From: Octopus vulgaris | Lineage: Eukaryota | Assembly (NCBI GenBank): GCA_951406725.2 | Contig: OX597816.1 | Coordinates: 161,758,001 to 161,822,000 of the forward strand | Direction of reading: 5' to 3' | Length of the DNA: 64,000 nucleotides | In this document: piece by piece, positions 13,697 to 27,025 of the stretch | Position numbering within the stretch: position 1 is the stretch's first letter | Layout: the number at the start of each line of letters is the position of its first letter | Translations under genes and position numbers: made by a program | The notes under the pieces: model-generated | Database searches by the model: none | What the model was told of the DNA's origin: nothing | The model's input: the letters and a program-made list of their open reading frames with translations, nothing else

Positions 13697-13915
13697 ATAG
13701 AAAGGGTTAGACAACAAAAGAATGAAAGAGACCTTGATATTATGTAAATAGTGGAATTTATCTGTAAATGTAATATGTAACAATTATTCGGTAGCCGTGA
13801 TAAAACTCCGAGTTTCGGATGTCGGGGTGGAAATTCACCCCGACCACCCCGACATCCAAAACTCAGAGTTTTATCATGGCTACCGAATAATTGTTACATA
13901 TTACATTTACAGATA
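13692..13915. mobile_element. PLE-type terminus with fold-back: 72-bp inverted arms (13759-13830 / 13844-13915), 13-nt spacer
   Basis: Arms differ at 3 positions. Same family as 7201-7310. The inversion centre is the HHR stem II hairpin. Confidence 0.8.
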
Positions 13916-13963
13916 CACACACCCACACACACATATATATATATATACATTATATATTTATAT

Positions 13964-14034
<71 letters not shown>

Positions 14035-14942
14035 GACACATGTATATATATATATATATGTATATATAGACACATGTATGTATATATGTGAATATATATT
14101 ATACATATGTATATGTTTAAAGGCTTACATATACATACATTTCTGTGTGCACATATGTGTGTCCATGTTTGTATGTATGTGTACGCATTTCGACATCGCA
14201 TTTGATGGACAGCCATATCAATGCGTACTCATGCGTGTTTGAGTGTGAAAGTGTGTACATGCTCAAGTGTTAGTCTGTTTGCGTATTTGTTCGGCGTTGC
14301 GTACTTGTGCCTGTGTGTATGCGTAAGCATGTTTCTGTATACAATTGCGTGTATATATATAGGTGTATATATGTCCGTGTATGAGTGTATACGTCTCACG
14401 ATGATATAAACCGACCGATTTAATTTACTTTTGCTAACCAAACAGTTACTGCTGGATATGCCTTTGAATGGTACTGATGTTTCTACTGTTCCCTGTTACA
14501 AACACATTGAGACATTTCCCGTGATTTATTCACCAATAAAACTTCTTTCAGGAATTTTCGTGTTTTCATCATTTTATATATATATATATGTCGTTGGTAT
14601 TTGTTGGTGTTTTTATTTCCAGCGAATTACAATCGTCTGTCATTGGTGTGAATGACGTTGAGCCAAAATAACAACGTTGTTTAACACCGTCACCAACACC
14701 GTAATCAATAAAGACCAAACAACAAGAACTAGAACAACGCTACATCACTTTACACAACGCAGTGTGGAGGCGATAAGAGAACCAATCTCTGTGGAATTAA
14801 AGACAATAACCTGTTTAAGAAGGACAAGAAACTTCTGGAAATATTTACGACCGGATGATCAACTTTAATCTGAATATTTATACTGCAGATTTGATGAACG
14901 CAGCTGTCTGTCTGGATAGCTTAAACAACATCTGCTGCCCCT

Positions 14943-15046
<104 letters not shown>

Positions 15047-15052
15047 GTATGT

Positions 15053-15452
15053 ATACTCTTTTACTCTTTTACTTCTTTCCGTTATTTGACTGCGGCCATG
15101 CTGGAGCACCGCCTTTAGTCGAGCAAATCCACCCAAGGACTTATTCTTTGTAAGCCTAGTACTTATTCTATCGGTCTCTTTTGCCGAACCGCTATGTTAA
15201 GTGGGACGTAAACACACCTGCATCTGTTGTCAAGCGATGTTGGGGGACAAACACAGACACACAAACTTATACACACACACATACACAGGCAAATATATAC
15301 ATATAAACGATGGGATTCTTTCAGTTTCCGTCTACCAAATCCACTCACAAGGCTATAGTAGAAGACACTTGCCCAAGGTGCCACGCAGTGGGACTGAACC
15401 CGGAACCATGCGGTTGGTAAGCAAGCTACTTACACACAGCCACTCCCACGCC
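15053..15452 (-). mobile_element. SINE family A, near full length
   Basis: Reverse complement from the head ggcgtgggagtggctgtgtg to the tail agtaaaagagtaaaagag. Confidence 0.85.
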
Positions 15453-16865
15453 TATATGTATAATATGTATGTATATCTATATATGTATATATACTAATAC
15501 AAGTATATTTAAATGTAAATAATGAAAATGATGTACTTAATTCCTCATCTCTTAAAAATAGAACTGTATTATAATTATTCATGTTTTCTGGAATAATGTA
15601 TCTCGGAGTACAATATCCACTGTGTCCTTTTTTTAAAGACAGTTTGGGGATATAAGAGTGATTTGGCTACTATATCTCTTAGGTCAAGCAAGCACATAAA
15701 GCAGGAATGAGGAACCCTTTTTGTATCAAGAATAAATTGCAAGAGCATAAAAACTTGCTAGGGCACATCAATGTTTCATATGAGAATAATAAAACGTTTT
15801 CACATCGCCAGAAATCTTCACAACTTACGTTTTCAAAGAAATAATTGTGGGTTTATCTGCAATATTTACACTGTATTTTATATGCAGACACACATACGCA
15901 CATATGTATGTATGTATTTATGCATGTATATATGTATGTACGTATGAATGCCTGTCTGTCTATCTGTATGTATGTATATGAAAAATAATAATGGTTGAAA
16001 ATGCACTTTATTTGTATAACATGAATAAAACACATTTTGTTTTTTTGCATAGGAGCTAAATATTTCTGTTATATATCTGTATAGTTGAAAATAAATGTAG
16101 AAAAATGTGTTTACATAACAAATGTTTTCATATAAGAGTCTTACTGCAAAAATATTAATTTATGCTTTCACAAAATGAGTTTTGCACAGACAAAAAAAAA
16201 AAAAAGAGAGAAAGAATCAAATTTTACAGAAAAGTTTTCATATAAAAAAATTACCCTTTTGTAAAAAAAAGTTTTATTCAATAAAATTTAGTGCATGTTG
16301 TAACCAAAAGACATTTTGCTGGAGAAAGAAAAAGAAAATCCCTCAACTTCCGATACCCAAAGTATCCCCCCGGCTTTTGCAATGCACTGTGACCACAATT
16401 CAGCAGTACAGCAGAGCCCAAGGATTGACTCGAATGGTTGCGCCAATCTGTTTGTCCAGTCGTTAACGATTTGTATTAGTGGTCTCAGTTGTTGGTCACC
16501 CACTGTGTGGTTTGTCTTCAATACTAGTTTTTTCTTCTTTAAACCATTTTTATGCGTTTATTCATTTGTGCACACTGCTCTTATCAAAGGTTTCATCTTT
16601 GTAAATAACTTGTAGCCTTTTGCAGATGTCGGACAGCCTGTACCACTCTTTCGTTAAAATCTCAGCCTTATGCTTCAGCTTAGAACCCATTATTTGACTG
16701 CAATGAAGAGTAACAGGAAGAGATGTTACTATAGAGGAGAATTACTCTATTTAGAAGTCCACTCTGAATAGCCTCTGTCAGCTAGTAAAAAAATTTGCTC
16801 AATTTAGCATTACGTTTGGCATGGCTCTCGTGTGTACGTACACACAAACACACACGCACACGCGT

Positions 16866-16916
<51 letters not shown>

Positions 16917-17654
16917 CATACGTGCGTGTGTGTAAGTGTGTGTATGTATACATGTATGTATGTATGTATGCATGCATATATACATTCGTGCGTATAAAAT
17001 ATATAATATATATGATACATTATGTATCAACCAATATGTTCGCGCGTGCGTGCACACACACCCGTATGTATGTATATATGTATGTAAGTATGTATGTATG
17101 TATGTATGTATGTATGTATATATGTACACACATACATAGATGACATGTTGAATTATGTGTAGGCAATTGAGCGTAAAGGTAGCTAGAAAGTTGTAAAACT
17201 TTTGTAGTTGATTGAAAAAAAGATGTGTATAAAGAATTGAAAAAAAACAAGAAAATCAGAAGAGAGAGAGAAAGAGAGAGTGAGAGAAAGAGAGAGAGAG
17301 AGAGAGGTGAGGGTGACGAAAATTATCGAGATTTTTGAGCATCTGTATACGTGTGAAAAGACTAGGAAAAAAATCTTAAAAGAAGTCGCCGGAGAATAAT
17401 TGTCTAAATGGCAGTATTTCAAGATTCTGTTTAAGAATGTCACTTAATGCGTCTCGCTGTATATCACAGGGAGCAGGTGATTCTTCCCCAATAAATATGA
17501 ATATGAATAGAGTTAGTCATGTTATTTCAAAACGATATTCATTATTTAAATCTGATTTAAAAAATTTTACACTCTGATGGATTCGTTTCGTTTTCATGTG
17601 TTATTTTTTTAAAGTAAAATTCTTTTAACCATTGACATTTACCACATGATAATC

Positions 17655-17730
<76 letters not shown>

Positions 17731-18121
17731 TGGCAGTGTGTGTTAAGCATTCTTTTAGTTATTCAAGGCATTGAGCTCTTCACACAAATGCTCACAAGTC
17801 ACAACCCATGCAACTCAGAGCTGTGTTGCTCCCTGACAATAACAGATGAAACTGCAATAAAATCACAACTTTTACACCTGCACACAGCCTCTCCATGCTC
17901 GATGCCAACAATCACAGTTTGGTTAGCAACGTTTTGTTTTCGACGATAATTCGAGTGGAGAACAATCTTCCCGGTATCGCAGTTGGAATAATATCAACTA
18001 ATATAATGCAAAGTTGCCAAAATTAATAAACCTGAACTCCACTCCAAGTGGAACTTCTTTCATCAACAATGCACAATGGATTTAAATCTCTAAGCTATGA
18101 GATAGTGCATGATCACACACA

Positions 18122-18202
<81 letters not shown>

Positions 18203-18405
18203 GTAGGCGCAGGAGTGGCTGTGTGGTAAGAAGGATTTTTCGTTAACTCTTCGATAAGATAAGTTATATTTATATTTCAAGAAATATTATTAAATGCTTT
18301 TCGATTATTTATAGTTAATACACATATTTTTTAAATATTTATTTGATAATTAGTATAAGTTAAGTACTTTTATTCTATTATTATTTTTGTATCATTTATT
18401 AATTT

Positions 18406-18525
18406 AGACCTGATGAGTGACTATATTTTAAAATAGAATTAATTTTAGATCGATTTAATTTTAAATCGAATTGATTTTATTATTATTATCTATTTGAAAA
18501 TATAGCCATGAAACGCGCATAGTCT
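18406..18525 (+). ncRNA. Type I hammerhead motif with about 93-nt AT-rich stem II, stem III point-mutated
   Basis: agac-CTGATGA-gtgactatattttaaaatag...ctatttgaaaatatagccat-GAAA-cgcgca-TA-gtct. One G>A change from the palindrome cgcgcg. Confidence 0.65.
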
Positions 18526-18636
18526 TTTTACTACTATTCACTATTTATTGTACTTTATTGATTTTTTGAATAAAGTTTTTATTGTATATGTTTTCTATAT
18601 GGTATGAATATAGAATTACGCTAAATTATATATATA

Positions 18637-19780
18637 TCTGCTACATATGGGGAAAATCAGTGTGTGTGTGTGTGTTTGTGGCGTTGTTAGCTAACTCCTA
18701 CACCGTTTTATTGATTTTGATGAAACTTGACATGCGAGTAAAACTCATGCCCGGAAACCTTGTGACATACCGAGATTGTTGAAAAAATCGATAATACGGA
18801 CCCTGAAATGGACCTTTATATGACTAATTATTTTTAAGCATCCAAGAGAAATAACCCATAGCACCTGCACAATATTTCTTAAACACTCAAGGGAAATAAC
18901 CCATTTCATTGCTTATGTTCGATTACTTTGAATATTGATTTTTGTGTGTCCTATTTCTAATTTTTGCTGACAATACCACTTTTATACTTTACTTGACACG
19001 TGAGTAGCCATGTTTGGAAACCTTGTGACATACTTAGATTGTTGAAAAATCAATAATAGGGCTTCTCCAATGGATCCGTCTATCTATTACATATTACTAA
19101 TATTTTATTTAAATAATCCAAGGGAAATAACCCATACCACCTGCAGTTTTTAGCGAAGCGATCAATATTTGATTTTCACAGATCAGCCGACCTATTTCTG
19201 CATTTCCCTACTCACAGTTTCGAACTTCTAAACATTATTATTGCATTTCCTTAATTTGAATCTTAAACATTAACGACTTCATTCATACATTTCTATACAT
19301 ACATACTTTTTTGAATGCCCATTACTCCGATAATTCTGCATTTTTACACTCATACTTTCCCCACAAAGTATTTGTAGTAGCTTCATGCAGGCATAGCGTT
19401 GATTCGATCTTTGATTGCTAAATTTCACTTAACACTTCAACCGCGCTTTTCTCACGGTAAAACAATAGTTTTTCTGTGAATGACAGCAGTTATACATTTC
19501 CCAGATGCCTTCGATAAGCAGATAAATGTCTTTGCCTCTCGCCCACATCCGACAATCTCTCTCACCGACCTCCGACAATCTTTCTCGCCAACCTCCGAAA
19601 ACCTCTCTCGCCAACCTCCAACAATCCCTCCCTCTTCCAGCTGACAGTATTTTGTACTTTTTTGTGACGGAAAATACACCTTTTGTGGCAGTTATAACGA
19701 AATTGCTTCCTTATATCACAGTAATAAGGCGTTGTCAACAGAACATCTTTACTCCCGAGAATTACCGGGTACACCTGCTA

Positions 19781-19781
<1 letters not shown>
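18637..19781 (+). mobile_element. Non-autonomous Helitron (about 1.15 kb)
   Basis: a|TC 5' end, subterminal (TG)n and ttgattttgatgaaactt. 3' hairpin cccgagaattaccggg followed by CTAG|t. Internal duplication of about 150 bp (18727 and 18992). Confidence 0.75.
19537..19628 (+). repeat. 23-bp minisatellite x4 inside the Helitron
   Basis: Four units resembling tctcgccaacctccgacaatctc. Confidence 0.85.
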
Positions 19782-19818
<37 letters not shown>

Positions 19819-19863
19819 CAATAATAATTCTCTAAAAGAGATATAGACAGTAACTGCTCGATA

Positions 19864-20312
19864 ACATAAGGGACTAAAGCCATCTGAATATGGCTAGGGA
19901 CAGGGCAGGGTGGTGGGGGTGTTACTGTTGCATTTATCCCCAGGCGAACATCGACGTCACCAGAAAGGCTCGACACCGTCACGGTGTCCTTATCCTGCAA
20001 AGGGAGGTAATTCCCCGATGAAGCGGAAACCACACACGGACCATGGTTTCAAGGTGTATTGCCTATCGTCGGCGTGTGGTCGTCGAGGAAGCGGAAGCCT
20101 ACCACACGCCGACGATAGGCAATACACCTTGAAACCATGGTCCGTGTGTGGTTTCCGCTTCATCGGGGAATTACCTCCCTTTGCAGGATAAGGACACCGT
20201 GACGGTGTCGAGCCTTTCTGGTGACGTCGATGTTCGCCTGGGGATAAATGCAACAGTAACACCCCCACCACCCTGCCCTGTCCCTAGCCATATTCAGATG
20301 GCTTTAGTCCCT

Positions 20313-20317
<5 letters not shown>
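19864..20317. repeat. Perfect 217-bp inverted repeat (19864-20080 / 20101-20317) with 20-nt loop, probable PLE fold-back terminus
   Basis: Arms are exact reverse complements, and the ORF track gives mirror-image peptides on the two strands. Contains GAAA-ccatgg-TC. Sits between (TA)n tracts. Confidence 0.95.
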
Positions 20318-20384
<67 letters not shown>

Positions 20385-20385
<1 letters not shown>

Positions 20386-20585
20386 GTGTTTCCTTATTTG
20401 TCCTTCCACCATCACTTGATAACCGATGTTGGTGTGTTTACTTCCCTATAACTTAGCGTTTCAACAAAAGAGTGCGATAGAATAATTACAAAGCTTACAA
20501 AAAATAAGTTCTGGGGTCGATTTGCTCGACTAAAGGCGATGCTCCAGCATGGCAGCAGTCAAATGACGAAACAAGTAAAAGAAAA
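20385..20585 (+). mobile_element. SINE family A 3' half
   Basis: aaccgatgttggtgtgttta...ggggtcgatttgctcgactaaaggcgatgctccagcatggc. Confidence 0.8.
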
Positions 20586-20609
20586 AAGAAGGAATATATA
20601 TATATATAT

Positions 20610-20674
<65 letters not shown>

Positions 20675-20723
20675 AAAATATATGTATAAGTATATGTATA
20701 TATATATGTGTGTGTATATATGC

Positions 20724-20768
<45 letters not shown>

Positions 20769-20769
20769 G

Positions 20770-20997
20770 GGCGGCGAGCTGGCAGAAACGTTAGCACGCC
20801 GGGCGAAGTGCGAAGCCTTATTTCGTCCGCCGCTACGTTCTGAGTTCAAATTCTGCCGAGGTCGACTTTGCCTTTCATCCTTCCGGGGTCGATAAATTAA
20901 GTACCAGTTACGCACTGGGGTCGATGTAATCGACTTAACCCGTTTGTCTGTCCTTGTTTGTCCCCTCTGTGTTTAGCCCCTTGTGGGTAATAAAGAA
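20770..20997 (+). mobile_element. SINE family B monomer
   Basis: ggcggcgagctggcagaaacgttagcacgccgggcg ... ccccttgtgggtaataaagaa. Confidence 0.9.
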
Positions 20998-21000
20998 GCG

Positions 21001-21038
<38 letters not shown>

Positions 21039-21650
21039 TGCATACATACATACATATATATGTATGTATGTGTGTGTGTGTGTGTGTATACATACATACA
21101 CTCACGTGTATATATCTATACAACAGATAAATAGTTATGAAGACTGAGAGAGAGGAACGGGTATAGATAGATCGAATAAAAAATCTATAAGCGAGAAAAA
21201 GAGACAGAGCGAAAGGGAGAGAGTGAGAGAGAGGGAAAGAGAGGGAGAGAGAAAGACAGAGAGCGAGCGAGAGAGAGAGAGTGAAGGAGAGGTAAGAGAG
21301 CGCGTGGGAGGTGGAATTAAGCAGGCAAATTATGTGTAAGCAGCTAGTAATTTGAATGGTCGATTAATCAGATAAGCTGGCATGGAATCACTAATCCAGC
21401 TGTTCTAAGATCTGAAGGTGGAAGAAAGTAGAGGTTGAAATGTAAAGAAAGGGGGGGGGGGGAGGGAGAGAAAGGAAAGAAATAAAGACATGCAAACAGT
21501 CATGGACACAGACACACACACAACTGCATGTGTATGTATAGCTGTGTATCTCTCCCTGCTTCTGTCTGTCTTTCTTTCTTTATCTCTCTCTATCTACATT
21601 CTTTTATTGTTTTAATGGTTTCATATATATGCTGCAGCATGTATGTGTAT

Positions 21651-21704
<54 letters not shown>

Positions 21705-21811
21705 ACATATATATATATAGGTATGTTTACATATATATATGTTTACATATATACATGCATATATATATATATATATATACGAGAAAAAAAGCAACAAGAA
21801 TGGATTAGTTT

Positions 21812-21902
21812 TTTTAGTACAATTGTTTCATACAAAGACAAGCTTTATTAAAAGCTGCAAATATTGCAGCAAATACAAGTGTCCCGTACTCATCAGCTAA
21901 AA
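21812..21902 (-). ncRNA. Type I hammerhead ribozyme motif, cleavage triplet GUA
   Basis: Minus strand: ttttag-CTGATGA-gtacgggaca...tgtctttgtat-GAAA-caattg-TA-ctaaaa. 6-bp stem I, long stem II, palindromic stem III. Confidence 0.8.
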
Positions 21903-22364
21903 CACATATGAGTTCTCCAAACATCCTAGTGGGTGAGGCTACACTCATGAAGTATCGGAGATAGTTCTATAAAAAACAAATTTAGGTTGTAAGCGGACTT
22001 CCAAAGTTCTTTAATGATGATGCACAGTCTTATAACAGGTTTTAAAAAGCTTATTAGCTTCACAGAGAAGGTGAATCAATCCATAATGTAAGTGCAAATT
22101 TCCAGAGATATGAGGAGATATTACATACTCACAGACGATGAATCTATCCATGATTAATCCACAATGAGGTGGGTATAATTTCCTGCTATATGATAAGATA
22201 CTTGTCACACCTCTGTTCCTTTCACAAAACTGCTTTTTTCTCGTTTATAATCACCCCACATTATTGTATGGTTAATACCATATAGTTTTCTGATGCATCT
22301 AAGTTAAGTACCGCATTCAAGTGAATTCATTAGAACTGACTTGAATCTTAATTGCTTTTACTAT

Positions 22365-22398
<34 letters not shown>

Positions 22399-22417
22399 AT
22401 ACATATATATATATACA

Positions 22418-22452
<35 letters not shown>

Positions 22453-22477
22453 ATGTATGTATATGTATATATGTATG

Positions 22478-22524
<47 letters not shown>

Positions 22525-22581
22525 GTATATATATATATTTATATATATGTATGTATATGTATATATATATTTATATTTATG

Positions 22582-22622
<41 letters not shown>

Positions 22623-22623
22623 T

Positions 22624-22654
<31 letters not shown>

Positions 22655-22667
22655 GTATATATATATA

Positions 22668-22772
<105 letters not shown>

Positions 22773-22854
22773 CATAATATAATATAAATAGTATATAAAT
22801 ATATGCATATATACATACATATATTTACATACCTACATATATATGTATATATAC

Positions 22855-23050
22855 ATGCATATATGGGTACAGGACATAAAGAAACGTGGAACAGTTAGAA
22901 ACAAAAGCATAAAAACAAAACCATAGAAACGAACTTTTTTCCGAACAACGAAAAAAAACAGAGAAACGAGACATACAACATAAAGAATATTCCCCTTCTT
23001 TAGTTGTCCCCGTTTGAACTACTCCACGGTTCGAAGGCAAGGGAAAGACG
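22855..23050 (-). mobile_element. Probable PLE terminal-repeat fragment (same family as 560-735)
   Basis: Shares gtggagtag...acaact..gaag..g.a..ttctttatgtt...cctgtacccatatatgcat with 560-735. Confidence 0.4.
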
Positions 23051-23093
<43 letters not shown>

Positions 23094-23120
23094 AGAATGT
23101 AGAGCGTAAGTTCTTTTATT

Positions 23121-23251
23121 ACGTTAATTTACAATTGTTTCATCTAAATTCGATCTCATGAATATTGCTCTATTATGCAATAATATATGCAAATATTTGT
23201 TCATGTGGTGTCATTGACATGTATCAACTCTTCGGCTCTTCAGAATTACGT
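23121..23251 (-). ncRNA. Type I hammerhead motif with about 95-nt, partly decayed stem II
   Basis: Minus strand: acgtaatt-CTGAAGA-gccgaagagttga...tcgaatttagat-GAAA-caattg-TA-aattaacgt. Confidence 0.65.
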
Positions 23252-23437
23252 ATAAAAATTATTTGCTGTAGATACTTGTATTATCAATAATTTATACCTA
23301 TATAGGCTTGGGAGTGTTTACATCATTACCTTTGTATAATATAAGCAAAAGAAAACAAAGCAACGCTTGGTTTGAATTAACCGGTCACGAAGAATGATAG
23401 GAAAAAGAAAAAGAAAAAAATAGAAAAATATCGTCGT

Positions 23438-23800
23438 GGTACTCCGTCGGTTACAACGACGAGTGTTCCAGTTGATCCGATCAACGGAAATGCCTGCTCG
23501 TGAAATTAACATGCAAGTGGCTGAGCACTCTACAGACACGTGAACCCTTAACGTAGTTCTAGGGGAGATTCAGCGTGATACAGAGTGTGACAAGGCTGGC
23601 CCCTTTGAAATACAGGTACAACAGAATTAGGAAGAAAAGTGAAAGAGTCCAGCAGGTTTCGTCAACACCCCCTGCCGGAGCCTCGTGGAGCTTTAGGTTG
23701 TTTTCGCCCAATAAACACTCACAACGCCTGGTCTGGGAATCGAAACCGCGATCCTACGACTTCGAGTCCGCTACCCTAACCACTGGGCTATTACGCCTCT
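23438..23800 (-). mobile_element. SINE family C (tRNA-Arg-like head)
   Basis: Head ggcgtaatagcccagtggttagggtagcggactcg...gtttcgattcccagacc. Same head at 30865-30969, with short pieces at about 10378 and 23840. Confidence 0.8.
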
Positions 23801-24324
23801 ACAATCGTTGTATAGTCAAATCTGATACACTTTTAGTTCACTGGGCCATTGCGCCTCCACACATATATATAAATCAGTTAAGAAAAAGAAAGATTTTGTT
23901 TTGAGGCAATATCATAAAATAATAGCTTTGTAAATAATTTATATCTCAGATGGTATTTTAAAGCAATGTTCTTGAAAAGTTCTTTTAACGCTTTTGAGGT
24001 GTTTTTCGTCAATCGTCTCTTTCGATAAGGAATCGCAGACATACGTTTGTAGTTTTATCACAGTGAAATCTTTTTGTCTGCTACATTTTGGTGGTCAGCT
24101 AGATATTGGCATTTCAAGGGTAAGATGTCATTTGCTACAGAATTCAGTGATCACGCGCACACCTATGCTTACACATGCAGACACAAACAGACAAAGAAGA
24201 TAAAAATACTATTAATGTCTTGCTAAAAACGAAAAAAAGGTTAATTTACTCCGGATAAAGTATTTGTATACAACGAAATGACCGAGACAGTTCTTATCCA
24301 AAGAACAAGCATCTCCATTTCGGA

Positions 24325-25157
24325 AGAATGCATATATGTAGGCGCAACCGTGGATTAAAAAAACAACCGTTGGCGTAACCACGGAGCGTCATTTCGATAC
24401 ACAAACAAGAGACAATACTTTATCGGATAACTTAATCTCACATTCAACAGAAAAGAAGATTTAATATATTTCCTGGTCCGTGGTAAAGGCTGCATACACG
24501 TATATCAGGAATTCTAAGTTATGTAACCATTGTTTTGACGATATACGTATTTTATTACCTAAATTAACACTCTCTACTTGTTATGAGGTACCACCATAAG
24601 ATTGGAAAAACTTTCAAGAAATACAAAACAAAATACCTATTAGAGAATTGCTAATTATTTTGGTCACAACCCGAACCCGTTTTAGGTAGGAAGATTTCTA
24701 AATGGACCTGTGTACACCAGTATATCAGGAATACATATAACATGTGGTAAAAGGAATTTCTTGAAATAATACGAAAATTTTGGTATCTTTATGAAAGTAT
24801 CCCCAGGGTACGAGTATATCTACATTTAGTATTTTTTTTTATAACAGAATATTCTATGTTGGAAAATTACCTGAGTCAATGAGAATGAATGTAAGAAGAG
24901 ATATATAAGTACACATTCGCTAACTTTCTTACAAAGGGGTCTAATGCGCTTAACTTAGACTTTTTTGGGGGCAATCAGATTGAACAATCTAAAGCGTAAC
25001 TGCCCGAAATGGTCGTGAGTTCTGGGACTTCACTGATGAAAGAGAGCCAAGAAAGACCCGTGTTTTTTTGCCGGTCCTACTAATTGTTTTTCTTGTCCGC
25101 CTTTGTATCGTCTATCTGACCGAACGTTTTAATGCCCTCTATTACGTTTTTGTTCAT

Positions 25158-25160
<3 letters not shown>
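24325..25160 (+). mobile_element. Decayed Penelope-like element: GIY-YIG C-terminus plus terminal repeat
   Basis: Across frameshifts: YVGAT...RWRNHGASFRYTNK...SWSVVKAAYTYIRNSKLCNHC, resembling PLE YIG.T..R..NH..SF...C.LC. Downstream degenerate gaaatggtcg and ctgatga words. Confidence 0.6.
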
Positions 25161-25218
<58 letters not shown>

Positions 25219-25537
25219 AGCCTTGAATCTTTAAATCGTTTTGGCTTCAAAGCTGGGGTCATGCTGGGGCACCAAATATACATACATATATATATATATA
25301 TACATATATATATACATATATATACATAGATACATATGTAAATATATATATATGTACACACACACACACACACACACACATACACATATATATCCATATA
25401 CACATATGCACGCGCATACATACATATATGCATAAAAATACATATATACGTACACACTCATTTAAATGTATTCACACACATATAAGAGAGAGTTGCGAAG
25501 ACATGAGAGATACAAAAGATGTGAGAAAAGCACAGAG

Positions 25538-25604
<67 letters not shown>

Positions 25605-25675
25605 CAGAAACATAGAAGAATAGAGTGAAAGAGATATATAAGGAGAGAGCTGGGAGAGAGAGAGAAAGAGAGTGA

Positions 25676-25738
<63 letters not shown>

Positions 25739-26030
25739 GGCACCAAAAATATATGATCAAAAATAAAATATTCAAAAATAAATGTTTAGCCTCAGGTCGG
25801 CCATAATCATGAAGGTCTATCATGAAAGACGTTCAGCCCATTTTATCTTAACAATAGTACACTCGAGACAACATTAACCTTCTTACTCTTTTATTTTGAA
25901 ACAATAGAATGTGATTTGAGGAAGATTTAACTGCCATTTCTAGCAGATTAACTCACTTTGTCAAGGTTAACTCATTTTAATACCTATGAAGTGATGGAAA
26001 ATTTAAGCAACAGTAATTGCTACATCATAA

Positions 26031-26428
26031 GGCGGCGATCTGGCAGAAACGTTAGCACGCCGGGTGAAATAGCGGTATTTCGTCTGTCTTTACGTTCTGA
26101 GTTCAAATTCCGCCGACGTCGACTTTGCCTTTCATCCTTTCGGGGTCGATTAAATAAGTACCTGTTACGCACTGGGGTCGATATATAATCGACTTAATCC
26201 GTTTGTCTGTCCTTGTTTGTTCCCTCTGTGTTTAGTCCCTTATGGGTAGTAAAGAAATAGGTATTTCGTCTGTCTTTACGTTCTGAGTTCAAATTCCGCC
26301 GAGGTCGACTTTGCCTTTCATCCTTTCGAGGTCAATAAATTAAGTACCAGTTGCGTACTGGGGTCGATGTAATCGACTGCCTCCCCCTTCCACCCAAATT
26401 TCAGACCTTGTGCCTAGAGTAGAAACGA
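26031..26428 (+). mobile_element. SINE family B dimer
   Basis: Junction taaagaaata|ggtatttcgtc at about 26259. Confidence 0.9.
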
Positions 26429-26459
26429 ATAGTTGCTACATCAACGCCTCAGCGACCAC

Positions 26460-26638
26460 TGCCATTATGATGAATATTACTATCACCACAACATCCACCA
26501 TCACAAAACCTGTTACAAGAACCACCACCACCACCACCAGCTTTATCACTACTACCACTACCGCCACCATCAGCTTTATTACCACCACCATCACAACTAC
26601 TACCGCCACTACCATTATCAGCACCACCACTGCTGGTG

Positions 26639-26730
<92 letters not shown>

Positions 26731-26994
26731 GCTAGTTTTAAAACTACGGTAATTGCAACAACCATCACCGACACAACCATCTGAGAAAATCGTGAAGAAA
26801 TTATATAATGCTGTCCTAGATAAACGCCAAAAGGACAGGATCGCCATTGGATGAACGTCTTTGATAATTGGCCTGTTCAATCTGTTCAGTTAAGACTGGC
26901 CATCATCATCGTCATCATTACTACCACTCACAACTATCATCATCAGTCAAGACTGACCATCATCATCGCCATCATTACTACCACCCACTACAAT

Positions 26995-27025
<31 letters not shown>

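Noticed and set aside
17730-17796. tggcagtgtg (miR-34-like seed) in a loose hairpin
   Set aside because: The 3' half does not match miR-34, and the pairing is weak and largely driven by TG/CA repeats.
19537-19628. Regular short repeats as a CRISPR-like array (also the 45-bp repeats at 55700-55800)
   Set aside because: Head-to-tail units without unique spacers, in a eukaryotic context.
24955-25055. Two degenerate HHR-like words after the PLE fragment
   Set aside because: Cores are too decayed (the first lacks CUGANGA, the second lacks stems), so they were not counted.
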